The notes beneath the pieces are model-generated. The model saw only the letters and a program-made list of their open reading frames with translations, ran no database searches and was not told where the DNA came from. A stretch of DNA of 62,917 nucleotides, the filler included, from Globobulimina sp. (Eukaryota): assembly GCA_003354225.1 (NCBI GenBank). It is 20 parts of 20 records of this genome, joined end to end, with 100 filler letters (N's around TTAATTAATTAA, not from the genome) between each part and the next. Parts side by side here need not be neighbours in the genome. Positions count along the whole stretch, not along the records: positions 37,822 to 40,871 come from PIVH01003881.1; positions 40,972 to 44,021 come from PIVH01003882.1; positions 44,122 to 47,171 come from PIVH01003883.1; positions 47,272 to 50,321 come from PIVH01003884.1; 16 more parts are not named here. One strand, 5' to 3'. This document shows, piece after piece, positions 38,223 to 49,737 of this stretch; the stretch's first letter is position 1, and every line of letters starts with the position of its first letter. Both the position numbers and the translations under genes were made by a program.

Positions 38223-40871
38223 TTATAACATCGATGCGAATACTTTTTCTTTTTCGTCGCTTAATTCTTCTTTCAACCACTTCGACCACTTCGATTTGAA
38301 CGGAATTCTTTCTAAATCTAAACTGATATCCATTGTATTATTAATATCCATATCGTCATCAAATAACTCCAATACATCTGCTCCACTCTTAACTGCGTTG
38401 AATGTTAGATCCAAATCCAAATTTACTTCGTTTTCATGTACAATAATCGCATTTTCATCAAAATGTATTGCATCTTCATCTAATATGTCATCAAATGCCC
38501 ACGAATGCGATGTTTCAATGTTTGATATATTTTCGTTGATTTCTAGATTGGATATTCTTTGCCATTTTGTATCTAAATTATTGCTTAAAATATTCTTTTG
38601 TTTGATACATTCGTCCAATTCCAATGTCTGTGCTCTTAACTGAGGAGGTATGACATCCTCGTGATTCAACACTTGGTTTGTTAAAAGACATAAAGTTTGA
38701 TTTATCGATGTATTTAATTCCGATAGTTTCGTGTTTTCATTTTCCAGCAACGTTTTATTTGCATCATAAAATGTTTCATTCTTATTTAAAATCAAAGACA
38801 TATTATTATTGTTATTTAAATCCAACTCATTCCAATCGATATCAATCACCGTGTCACTTTCCGATATTTTTGATAAATCAATCGCTCTCAACATAGATGG
38901 ATCTTTGTTTTTGTTTAAATTATTAAAATATCGACTAAAATTTAATTCTTTTTTCAATTTTAATACTTCGTTCTTTGATTTTTTGTCTTCTTTTTCTAAC
39001 CAACGAATTGTTTTTGATAATTCTTTGGCTCTCAGCTCACTCTCCAAATCCTTCAATTCTTGATCTACTTTCTTGGTAAAATCGCGTGTGAAGGTCCCCG
39101 TATTATTGGCATCTTTTCCGCTGTTCATTCCATGCGTAATCGCACAGAATTGGGTCTGATAAAAAATCTCTTCACGGCACAGTTTTGCTTCTATTACGAA
39201 TCTGTTTTCTCCCTTTATCTGCTTTAAAATACTGGTCTTCATCAAAAATAGCGGATTTCCTTTATTTTGGATGTAACAATCTGTGCCATCCAAACCTAGA
39301 AAGTGTAGGACTTCGCCAGTGTACTCTTTCTTGATTGATTTTAGAATTATCGCCAAAATCCCAATATTATTATTTATTTTTCCTGATTGGTCGTAATAGT
39401 TATTCTGAATTAATAATTTGTACACTTTCTTAATATCGCCTACGTGCTCCCTCGTCCTTGTCTTAAATTGTCTTTTTCCAGTTTTTCCCCTTCCACATTT
39501 GCCAAAATATGATCTAGCACAATTTTTACAGTCAATCACATAAATTGTATCGCGCGAAAAACACGAAGATCTGTTAATTTTTATTGATTGTTCTGTTATT
39601 GGCGATGTCCATTTTTTTGCATTATTCATAATATCCGGATATTTGCAGCATGCACAGTCTTCTCTTCCTTTTGTAATGTTCAATTTATTCAAATCTTTGC
39701 AGCACACAAAACCTTTCCAATTGTCCAAATTCTCCAAATTTATTTTGTTGTTATCCATCATTATAATTTTGCCGACGTTGCAAAAATTGATCAAATTTTC
39801 ATCCATTAAATCTGATTCTTTTTCTTCTAAATCTAATCTAAATGTGTTCGGCGATACAGTTTGATCTAATTTATTATAGCATTTATAGCTAATTTTGAAC
39901 TTTTCCAATGGAAAAATTGCCGCTAGCTTTTGGTCGCCGGCTATCCATTTATTGTATGCCGACCTTAATATTTCGTAAATATTTGGAATATTATTATGGT
40001 ATTTCACCACAAACCAAAAACGTTTATCCTTTACTAACACCGAAATGTGTTTTAATTCCATCTCCGTTTCCGACTCTTTTTCATCATTCTTCGATTCCAA
40101 ATTATCGAAATATTTCTTTTTTCTTCGTTTTCTTACAAAATATGGCTGTTTCCATATTTTCAATGCTTGTTTTTTTGTTAATTTTCCAAATTTATTAAAG
40201 ATATTATTAACTTGCCACACATCGTGGTTTCTCGCAATCAAATAACATTTATAATTTCTCATTTGTTTATCAATATATTCGTCGTCGCAGATACTTCTAA
40301 TCCTCAATGCCATCGATGATATAGTTCCTCTTTTTTGGTGGCTGGCGTGACACGAATTATTTTCTAAAGTGCAATGTGTGTCAGTTTCCTTCGAATGTAC
40401 ATCCACCGAAATATCCCAACCCATAAATTCAATGTCATCGAATCGCTTTAATTTGCGTTTTACGACAAATTTTGTATCCAAAATTTCGAGATATTTACCG
40501 TTTTTATCCACGTCTCTGTCCGCATAGTCATAATCCAATGTAAATTGTAATGAATTATTAATATTATTCATGCCCGAAAGTAGGCATTTTAGATCGAAGA
40601 TATCTCCGCAACCCGCTCCGAATAAATCATCTCTAAATCTTCCATCCATTAACACTTCCAATGCCGAGTTCCTTTGTACCCAATCGTTGTCTCGTAATAA
40701 TGTGTCGTATCTAACGAGGCATAAATCTGCGTACCGGCACGCCCAACTTCTTCCCATTCCGCATCCTCTCTTTTTAATAAAATGTTGTTTATTCCATACG
40801 TCTCTCCTCAATGCCTCATTTAATATGTCCAAAATGCATTCTTTCGAAGGGTGATCTGGTAATAAATGACT
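38223..40871 (-). CDS. PLE reverse transcriptase - GIY-YIG endonuclease polyprotein, 5'-partial
   Basis: RT motifs GCGMG...YADL, RFRDDLF, LQFT, LEILD; thumb HSKETD...SCH; Cys linker CC...CACC; GIY-YIG IYVIDCKNC..SYFG, RTREH, HF, REE..Y...GMN. Confidence 0.9.
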   Translation of the reverse strand, partial: SHLLPDHPSKECILDILNEALRRDVWNKQHFIKKRGCGMGRSWACRYADLCLVRYDTLLRDNDWVQRNSALEVLMDGRFRDDLFGAGCGDIFDLKCLLSGMNNINNSLQFTLDYDYADRDVDKNGKYLEILDTKFVVKRKLKRFDDIEFMGWDISVDVHSKETDTHCTLENNSCHASHQKRGTISSMALRIRSICDDEYIDKQMRNYKCYLIARNHDVWQVNNIFNKFGKLTKKQALKIWKQPYFVRKRRKKKYFDNLESKNDEKESETEMELKHISVLVKDKRFWFVVKYHNNIPNIYEILRSAYNKWIAGDQKLAAIFPLEKFKISYKCYNKLDQTVSPNTFRLDLEEKESDLMDENLINFCNVGKIIMMDNNKINLENLDNWKGFVCCKDLNKLNITKGREDCACCKYPDIMNNAKKWTSPITEQSIKINRSSCFSRDTIYVIDCKNCARSYFGKCGRGKTGKRQFKTRTREHVGDIKKVYKLLIQNNYYDQSGKINNNIGILAIILKSIKKEYTGEVLHFLGLDGTDCYIQNKGNPLFLMKTSILKQIKGENRFVIEAKLCREEIFYQTQFCAITHGMNSGKDANNTGTFTRDFTKKVDQELKDLESELRAKELSKTIRWLEKEDKKSKNEVLKLKKELNFSRYFNNLNKNKDPSMLRAIDLSKISESDTVIDIDWNELDLNNNNNMSLILNKNETFYDANKTLLENENTKLSELNTSINQTLCLLTNQVLNHEDVIPPQLRAQTLELDECIKQKNILSNNLDTKWQRISNLEINENISNIETSHSWAFDDILDEDAIHFDENAIIVHENEVNLDLDLTFNAVKSGADVLELFDDDMDINNTMDISLDLERIPFKSKWSKWLKEELSDEKEKVFASML

Positions 40872-40971
40872 NNNNNNNNNNNNNNNNNNNNNNNNNNNNN
40901 NNNNNNNNNNNNNNNTTAATTAATTAANNNNNNNNNNNNNNNNNNNNNNNNNNNNNNNNNNNNNNNNNNNN

Positions 40972-41206
40972 ACAAGGCAACCCCTTCTATTTTGGCACTA
41001 AAAAATGGAATCAGTTGTTGATCCTCATTTAAATTTATTTTCCATAGTTTCACTGTTTTATCCTTCGCCGATGTTGCCATTTCATACTTATTTGGGGCTG
41101 ATACCATTGCTAAAATTTGTCCGCGATGATTTGATGTGCTTTCTTTGAATGCTGCCTTTTTTGCCACCAAACGCCTAATGTCTAGCTCTGCTGACATTGC
41201 GAACAT
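40972..41206 (-). CDS. WD40 protein, tandem paralog of the adjacent gene, 3'-partial
   Basis: Nearly identical to the WD40 start at ~42595-42800 (RLVAKKAAF.ESTSNHRGQILAMVSAPNKYEMATSAKDKTVKLWK) but with its own short N-terminus. Confidence 0.75.
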
Positions 41207-41500
41207 TGTTGTTTTTCAGTCACAGGTTCGTTTAATAATTTTTAGTTCGTATACAAACAAAAGTTATTTGCGAAATCACGGGAATATCACCAGATATATT
41301 TTATTATTTAATCGTAAATCACATCCAAAACAAACATAAAAAAAATTAAAAAGAAAAGTAAGACAATGGTATTGACCCAATAAATATTGCAACAACTCAT
41401 ATTGTATAGAATTAATACCACACACTTCACACTGCAAACTGCAAACTTATATGATTATATATATGAAAACATATATTGATATATTTGTTGTAAGATATTA

Positions 41501-43645
41501 TTATTTCTGTTGATAATGCCATACATACATCGCAGGTCTTTTATATGTCAATTTTTTGTTATTTTTATCAGCATTTTTTGCATCAGTTTTCTGTACACAA
41601 ACAACACAGCATTCACTATCAAATAAAAAGGCTACTTTCTCCACCGGCCCTTTAAATCTTTTCTGTAATGTTAATTTTCCATTGGTGGTATTAAATATTT
41701 TTACTTTGTTTTTGCCCTTTCTTGAAACACATATTAATTCTCTTTGTACCTCTAAACATCCGATATGATCAAAATCGCTGTCGCTTATTCTTATACCTTT
41801 TTCCAAATTGGAATCATTCAAATTCTTTTTCTTATTAAATCCGCTAAATTTCCAACAATGCAACTTTCGACTCGCTGCAATAATATGTGAACCATCTTGA
41901 GTTGGAATCACGTTCCAAAAAGCATATCGTATGTCATTTCTCACCAATTGTTTCACGGAATATGCATTTTCATCCAAATCCTCTTTCTTTTCATCATCGC
42001 TGCTATCATACATTGGGCGACTATTCACTTTGTACATTGACTCTGATTTAAAATGCAACATTTTTGATTTCGACATTTTATTTTTTCTTCTTACGTTGCT
42101 CGAATTTGTCCTGCCATGTTTTTTTCCTTTTTCATCATCGTTACCGATTTGATACATTGTATTTGCTCTTTTTGCGCGATTTAAAAATCTTTTTGATTTA
42201 ATTGATTTTAATTTTTTATTCTTTTTCTTTTTTAATTTATTCAAATTAAAAACAGAAATGGTTTGGTCCAAACTGCACGAAAATAATGCATTATTTATGG
42301 GTGAAATACAGATATCATTTACAACGTCTTTATGTGCATTAATCTTTGCCAATTTTACTTTGTTTTTGAAATCCCACACCCAAATTATACCGGTTGTGTC
42401 TCCACTAAATATATATTTGCCGTCGTTTGACCATACCACACAGTGTACTTTGCTGAATCTTAATTTTACAGTCGATGAAAACACACATTTTACCTCATAC
42501 GAATTTGTGTCCCATACAATTATTACGCCTTCGGCGCCACTCTGATACGCACAGCCTGCAGCTAAATAACTCCCCTTTTTATTATATGCTAATGATAAGG
42601 CGACCCCTTCTATTTTGGCATTAAAAAATGGAATAAGTTTTTGATTCTCATTTAAATTTACTTTCCATAATTTCACTGTTTTATCCTTGGCCGATGTTGC
42701 CATTTCATACTTATTTGGGGCTGATACCATTGCTAATATTTGTCCGCGATGATTTGATGTGCTTTCTTCGAATGCCGCCTTTTTTGCCACCAAACGACTA
42801 ATTTCAACCTCTTCTGCTATTTTGTCATACGCTGCTTTTTTACGCTCGACTTCAATTTGCTTTTTTTTAATTGCTCCATGATTACTTGTTAAGTGAATGA
42901 AAAATCCTTTGACCCTTTCCAGTAAACTCTCATTTTCCGCCACAAACTCCTGTGCTATTTCTGATTGTTCATGAAATTCATTTTTCCATTGATCAACTTC
43001 GCCGCACGGCACTTTTTCTTCTGTGATTGTATCTAATTCACTTATTTGATCATTTGTAGTGGCTACAATATTTTTTATTTTTGGCTTAATATCCATTTTT
43101 AAGTTATTTTCAATTTTTGCACTTAATTCTTGGCATCGACTCATTTGTGATTCAACTTTATTGACAATGTCATTCACTTTATTATCAATATCGGTTATTT
43201 CTTTACATTCATTTTCAAATTCGTCAAAAGAATCAATTTTTATCTCCTTCATTTCCGTATTTATTGCGTTTATTTGTGTTATTTCATTCGTTATATTTTG
43301 TTGATCATTTTCTATTCGTTTTATTTCATTTATAATCTTGCCATTATTCATTATTATTTTCTTATCCGTTTGTAATTCATCATTAATACTTTTAACACCG
43401 TCTAATAATCGCAATGTTACGTTCTATCGAATAAAATTATTTTTAATCGTATTAAATATTAATAATAACAACAAATATAATTAACTTTAGTTTGCAAATA
43501 AAGCTGTGCTTTCTTCATTTTTTGCACAATTTCCGTAGTTTCGTGTTTAATTTTTTTCACTTTTTTGCCTAATTCTTGCGTCGTAGCAGCAAACTCTTGC
43601 ACATTTTCCAATTCTTTGTTGCATTCATTTTTAACTCTTTGCACC
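41501..43645 (-). CDS. Coiled-coil + WD40-repeat protein, 5' end replaced by foreign DNA
   Basis: Heptad region followed by WD repeats (TVKLWK, IIVWD, IWVWD, AHKDVVND). Intron 43424-43485. Confidence 0.75.
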
Positions 43646-44021
43646 TCTCCGTATGCTCCTTCGTCGGCAGTGAAGTATAAACATTCCACCCGACAGTCAC
43701 ATCCGGATCGCCCGCCTTAAAACCCAGGTACGCAGCCTTCTGATAGCTGCACATCTCATCGACAGTATGACCGCCGAACGTCTCAATGTTCCCCTCGTTC
43801 CACGGCTCCCACGAATCCACGCGTCCCTTATATCGTATCGCCATCTGCCTGCAGAACCGATACGCATCACGCAAATCACGCGGAAACCTTCCCCTTCCAC
43901 GATCTCCATCCAACGCCTTATCCACCGCCCACGCAGGCGTACCATGAAAAACCTGAAGCACACCCAGCCCATACTCCTCCTGAATATCCGCCGCCGTATC
44001 GTAGCTCGTTCGCTCGCTCGT
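43645..44021 (-). CDS. Bacterial-type clan GH-A glycoside hydrolase fragment
   Basis: Abruptly GC-rich segment encoding VLQVFHGTPAWA...RYKGRVDSWEPWNEGN...AAYLGFKAGDPDVTV with the WNE acid/base motif; no introns. Left boundary approximate. Confidence 0.75.
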
Positions 44022-44344
44022 NNNNNNNNNNNNNNNNNNNNNNNNNNNNNNNNNNNNNNNNNNNNTTAATTAATTAANNNNNNNNNNNNNNNNNNNNNNN
44101 NNNNNNNNNNNNNNNNNNNNNAAACAGATAAATATTATTATGATTGTAATGAATATAAATGTGAGAAGTGTCAATTTTATATTTGTCATCATTTTATTTT
44201 GCAACGACTTGTCGCTAACTGAAAGGATAAAGTTTACAGCTCATTTCTAAGCAAATATCAAATTAAAATCAATGTTAAATCCAAAATCACAAAAATAAAT
44301 CATGAAAAATTGAACATTCGTGGCTTCATGGAAGGTCTTCAAAA

Positions 44345-45819
44345 TTGTGCATCATTCATTTGCATGACTGTCAACCATTAATTATTACATTCAAAAAAAA
44401 TGCAAACCACAATAAAAACCATCATCAGCCACAAATAATTACAATAAATAGCATAAAAATGATTAATTATTCCTATCAATCCTATGACATTGAAACTAAA
44501 TGCATCAAATTATCTGATTTCATCCCCTTAACATTACCATTTAAACACAACAATAGAAACAAAAACAAACCGGAATCCGCTAAAAAATCTAAAAAATCCA
44601 TCCGCAAACCACCACGTATAACTTGTGGCGTATTTGATAAGTTTGCGAAACATATTTATTGTGGCACCTCGCATGGACGTTTATTAATTATCAATTACTT
44701 TAAATGGAGCCTCGTAAGCTCTGATAAAATAACCAACAGTCAGCAACAAATCAAATCCATTGTATTCAGCCGTTGCGGTAATTATATTGTGCTTAATTGT
44801 GGTGATCGGATCATTCGTTATGTTGATATTATTTGTGGGGCAAATACCAATCCTTCGATTGAAATAAAAAAGCAATACCAAGACGCCGTGGAACCATTCA
44901 TTGGAATGCGTGTTGTTTCAGCAGTAATGGGGAATATATTTGCGGCGCCTCTTCGTCTCAAACTTGCATCATTTATATTTGGCAACGTTGTTATGAGCGC
45001 AGTTTAGAGAAAGTACTCAAATTTGATACCGGTACCATTGTGGATATGATTTGGCATCCAATTCAACCAATTCTTGTCTCTGTATCGCAGTGCGGTGAGA
45101 TACAAATTTGGAATCAAAAAGAAATGGAAAATGGACATAATTGGTCGACTTTTGATGCAAATTTTAAGGTATTGACTAAAAATATTTGGGCCAAGGAGGA
45201 AGTCAACGAAAATGTGAATGAAACTGAAATAAATGAAGGTGGGCTGATTGATATTTTTAAAGAAGAGGGCAATTTTGATAGGTTTAGTGGCGATGAGTTT
45301 GAGTATGATTTATTAAATGGAATGGATGATTCATTGAAAAATGGACACGAATTAATACATTTACCCATTCAAACCAACTCCAAATATTCAAATGAGGAAA
45401 TTACAAAATATTTAACAAATATAAAACAAATGACTCATAAATATGTTTATAGAAATTTTAAGCAGGAAAAAGAAAAGGAAATAATGATCAAACCAGCGAT
45501 CAAAATTAGTAATAAGAATGAAAAAGTTTTACAAAATTTAACCTCAACAGCACATCATTCGCATCATCATCATTCACATCATTTGAATGCAAAAAAATTA
45601 AGGAAAAAAAGCAAAAATAAGCATAAACATATACATAATAAACATAAAAACATAAATCCATTCAAATCATTCAATTCAACAAATAATAATTATAATACAT
45701 TAAAAATGAATGCATCCAATGTACAGAAAAGAAGTTTACCGAATGTTGTGAGTAATAGTAATAACAGTTCTGTGCTAACAAATCAACCGCCCAAAAAAAA
45801 ACAAAAAGTATCACATTGA
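44345..45819 (+). CDS. RBBP5: RBBP5/SWD1-like COMPASS WD40 subunit, 5'-partial, one frameshift near 44894
   Basis: IKSIVFSRCG..IVLNCGDRIIR, QDAV, then in the next frame WNACCFSSNGEYI, IYIW, DMIWHPIQPILVS, NWSTFDANF. Confidence 0.75.
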
Positions 45820-45944
45820 CTTTAATGTAATTGTTTATATATTGCTTTCAATTAAGTCAGCCGAAAAGTCAAAAAACAAATGTTCAATCCAGAAAATCCT
45901 TTTCTACGAAGTGCATAGCATGGCAGAGGAAAAGGAACATTCCG

Positions 45945-46934
45945 ATGCGAATTAATATATACAGTCAAAGTATTGTGTTTACGGGTGCAAATAGTGGTAA
46001 ATATACATGGCTAATAAATAATAAACCATTAATCAATAATATATTAAATGCAGAAACTGGTAAATTGTTTGAAAGTAAGCCATTTGTAATGAGGAACATG
46101 AACTGGAGCATATTATTATATCCAAATGGTGACACCCAACAACATACAGGAAGCGTTATGATATATTTAAAATTATTCTCGCTGCCACAAATAGTTAACA
46201 CCGTCGTGTTATGCAGTTCAATATCATGCGATAAAACGTTTTCCGCCTATGGTAAAATTCGAAGTTACACTGCAACCGATAATATTTGGGGGTTCCCAGA
46301 TAGAAACGGAACATTATTGTTATCTGAATGGAAATCTATAAATTCTGATACCTTATCCATCACAGTCACTATTAATGTGATTAAAATAATATTGAATAAA
46401 ATGCGTACACTTAACATTGAAAATCAACTCGGTTTGTTACCGCATTGCTGGACCAATAAGAAACAATGGTTTCCAAAAAAATGGAGGTTTGAGTATAAAT
46501 TCGATGCCATTTCTATGAATATATTCAAAAAGAGTCAAGTTGGCAAATGCTTTGTGTCCAATATTATTGAGAATACCTGGCAATTAGCAATATATCCAAA
46601 GGGCATTAGCCAAGATTGTGCACAATACGTTGGACTATATCTGTCATTATGCAATAAACCCGCAGACGCTGTAGAAATTGCTATAAAACGTTCCATTACC
46701 TGTTCGGAGACAGGAACTTGTTGGTCACAGCAAATGGTGTATATGGCAGGTAATAGCAGTCGAGGCACTGCGCAGTTCATGAAAGTATCTGATTTATTAA
46801 GATTGGACCATCTTACATTATTTGTTGAAATTGAGATTGGAAATATAAAAAAAGATGAAAGAAAAGAGTGCATTATTTCTGATACCGCCTTGTATTATAT
46901 TATATATACTTTTTTTGTTTGTTCTATTGTTTAA
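45945..46934 (+). CDS. Tandem MATH-domain protein
   Basis: YTWLINN...FESKPF..NMNWSILLYPNG...VMIYLKL...WGF and a second WQLAIYPKG..YVGLYL. Start and last exon uncertain. Confidence 0.7.
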   Translation: MRINIYSQSIVFTGANSGKYTWLINNKPLINNILNAETGKLFESKPFVMRNMNWSILLYPNGDTQQHTGSVMIYLKLFSLPQIVNTVVLCSSISCDKTFSAYGKIRSYTATDNIWGFPDRNGTLLLSEWKSINSDTLSITVTINVIKIILNKMRTLNIENQLGLLPHCWTNKKQWFPKKWRFEYKFDAISMNIFKKSQVGKCFVSNIIENTWQLAIYPKGISQDCAQYVGLYLSLCNKPADAVEIAIKRSITCSETGTCWSQQMVYMAGNSSRGTAQFMKVSDLLRLDHLTLFVEIEIGNIKKDERKECIISDTALYYIIYTFFVCSIV

Positions 46935-46989
46935 AAGTGATTTTTGTGCAAGGTGTTCACTCTAAAGACTAAATCTGTAATCATTATCA

Positions 46990-47171
46990 ATGTCAACTTT
47001 TGCAGTTGAAGAGCCACCACAGAAAAAACAGAAAATATCACCAAACAAAAGTATTACAAGAAATTGCGAGGAAGAAAAAGACGAACGGAAAACATCAGAG
47101 GAGCCATATTATTACAATTTACACATAAACCCAGACGTAATTTTAGTGTCAACCGAGCCAGACATTCCATG
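46990..47171 (+). CDS. N-terminal fragment with NLS-like motif (possibly start of a BTB domain)
   Basis: PPQKKQK and PDVILV before the contig end. Confidence 0.3.
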
Positions 47172-47271
47172 NNNNNNNNNNNNNNNNNNNNNNNNNNNNN
47201 NNNNNNNNNNNNNNNTTAATTAATTAANNNNNNNNNNNNNNNNNNNNNNNNNNNNNNNNNNNNNNNNNNNN

Positions 47272-47796
47272 ATCGCATTTCATCAATTTATCGTAAATAA
47301 ATAATATGGATTTTATCCTTTTTACACATTCACAGTTTACAAGTGTTTCCGTTGTGTTTGGTCCTGAACAACAGTTTTCATCTTCACATTCAGCAGTTAG
47401 TTGTTGGTTTGTTTTAGATTTTAACAATTTGGTCATGTATGTTGCATATAATTGTTGTATTTCTGTGTATTCCTTTGTACGCATTAATTCTTGTTGTTGT
47501 TTTTTATAAACAGATGGTGTGAGATCATCATAATCGGTCTCGTCTATTGCTAAATAATTATCATCGCATTTTATTTCTTCTAAATAATCATCATCGGATA
47601 TAAGATCCTGTTTCTGAATTTCAGCGTACACAGCATTCAACCTTTGTCGAATTCGCCGATTGTTCACTGCATCATAATGGTGATAAATTCCTTTTAGTAA
47701 TTGTTTTTCATTGGGAAATCCCAAATATAGTCTCTGATCCAACCAATGCATGATATTGGAAGCTTTGTCTCCGTTCAACATGGGGAGCAGAGTCAC
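47272..47796 (-). CDS. Hypothetical protein, 3'-partial
   Basis: Open frame of about 175 codons running to the contig end. Confidence 0.4.
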
Positions 47797-47921
47797 CGTC
47801 TTGTGACATGCTCACAGAGAATGACAGCGACTCGAATCGAACAATTTCGAAGTAATAACAAGTAAAAACAAAAAACTATCATTGATAAAATCATACAGTA
47901 TATTAATTGAGTTAGCCAGTT

Positions 47922-49625
47922 TCAAATGGAACGCCACATTACAGCGGTAAGTAAAAATACCAAATACAAAGCAATTACAACATCAACAGTATAATGGACG
48001 TGGCCACATGTTAACACAAATACCATTAGAATGGAAGCCATCAATTGAATACACATTGCCAAATTAATAACATATTGTTTACATAACTGAATAAATTTCG
48101 ATTCATACCAATAAATATACGCATTCTTTACTCGATATATATGCAAATAATACAATACCATCAATAACCACGACGTTGTAGTATGTCCACTAAACATAAA
48201 ATCATTACAATAAAATGTCGCCGGTGAGGTACCGCATGTATCAGCTTGAAACTGTTTGCATTCCGGGAGTGCTGTCGGCAACACAGTCACTGAAAATGAT
48301 ATCACTCGCATTGATAATAACACACAATACATTCTTAAATATAATCGAATAAAATGAAATGGTTTGGGATAACTTGTAAATATTACAATTACACATACTA
48401 TAAACTGTATTACCAATATCCAATCACTATAAATATGCCATTCAATCGAATTATTGTTCCAAAAATATGATGAAATGTTATCATGGATAATATCTGGTAA
48501 ATATTGGGAGGAATGATTCAGTGCAAATATCCGTTCGTTTGCTTGAAAGTCCGCTGCAATGCCATTCAACCAAACAAACATTGACGACATAACTATCCAA
48601 AACAGAACAGAACGTAAAATATTATCATCAAACATGTTTGCTTTGGATTTCTCAATAACATCTTGGATGGATTGCAATTTGAATGGTGTATCATTCATTA
48701 TTTCATTCATTTCCTCATTATTTGTGCAGTATAAACTGTATTTTTCACACAATTTCCCCAACAATAATAACGAAGCATCGTTGTTTGAATTCGAAGCTTG
48801 ACACATTGTACATGAATATGTAGCAACTGCTTTATTGAAATGTAGAATATCCAAATTGTTATAATTGAAGTTATTGTTAAAAATAAGTATGCACACAATA
48901 GATTCGATACGGCTATGCTTTTTATCATCAGCTTGCAATGTGTCTATAGCATTATTAATATGGTTAATATATTGAATACGGTCACATTGTAAAATTGTAT
49001 TAATTGCATGATTTACATCACGATCGGGACTAATTTGTTGATATAATATGGATATAAAAGGCAATAAATCTTGAAAGTATTCCAAATACCAAGGCGACAG
49101 CAAACATAAATGACGATAACTTATTGGTAACTGATTGTTTTTGCTATTTACACCAAATATGAGTGATAAACATCTTTGTCGATAGGTTTTCTGCTTCCAA
49201 ATATTTAATGCTTTGCAATTATGATTTGTAAGTATAAATTGAATGTATTGAAAAAAAATGTTATTCTCCGCAGATTTACTGTTATTCAACATGTGCTGAC
49301 ATGATTTATTCAATAAGCATGGTATTATTGTCTCTAAAAAATCCACATTTTCTAATATTAATGTAGCAGACACAAATTTAAATGCCAGATTAACAGATTG
49401 AGTGTTGCACGACGAACATTGTAAGCAACATTTAAATAACGTGATAATAAATTGATACACATCAGGCAATGAATGAAGCCCTAACATTGGTGATACCAAA
49501 AATTGCAAATCGCTCACATTTTTTAATAAATAATCCCATGCTTTGTTCCAATCCACGATTTCTTTGTGCTGTAAATTGGTGTGAATATATTGGAGCGTAT
49601 CCTTCAAATCCTCCAAATCCTCCAT
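47922..49625 (-). CDS. Sphingomyelin/IPC synthase family protein with long N-terminal extension
   Basis: Motifs LPD, R.....VTVLP, CNDFMFSGHT and HYTVDVVIA match SMS D1-D4. Confidence 0.8.
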   Translation of the reverse strand: MEDLEDLKDTLQYIHTNLQHKEIVDWNKAWDYLLKNVSDLQFLVSPMLGLHSLPDVYQFIITLFKCCLQCSSCNTQSVNLAFKFVSATLILENVDFLETIIPCLLNKSCQHMLNNSKSAENNIFFQYIQFILTNHNCKALNIWKQKTYRQRCLSLIFGVNSKNNQLPISYRHLCLLSPWYLEYFQDLLPFISILYQQISPDRDVNHAINTILQCDRIQYINHINNAIDTLQADDKKHSRIESIVCILIFNNNFNYNNLDILHFNKAVATYSCTMCQASNSNNDASLLLLGKLCEKYSLYCTNNEEMNEIMNDTPFKLQSIQDVIEKSKANMFDDNILRSVLFWIVMSSMFVWLNGIAADFQANERIFALNHSSQYLPDIIHDNISSYFWNNNSIEWHIYSDWILVIQFIVCVIVIFTSYPKPFHFIRLYLRMYCVLLSMRVISFSVTVLPTALPECKQFQADTCGTSPATFYCNDFMFSGHTTTSWLLMVLYYLHIYRVKNAYIYWYESKFIQLCKQYVINLAMCIQLMASILMVFVLTCGHVHYTVDVVIALYLVFLLTAVMWRSI

Positions 49626-49737
49626 GTACTCTAGCTAAGTTTAGTAAACTGAAAAAACTGAAAAAACTATAGTTCTTTGAATATATCTTTGAAACTATAG
49701 TACAACGTACGTTGCTCGGATCCGTAATAATAACGCG

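Larger units (their letters stand above)
37822..40871 (-). mobile_element. Penelope-like retroelement, 5'-truncated by the contig end
   Basis: RT-GIY-YIG ORF followed by a U-rich 3' region and a hammerhead motif, the typical PLE layout. Confidence 0.9.
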
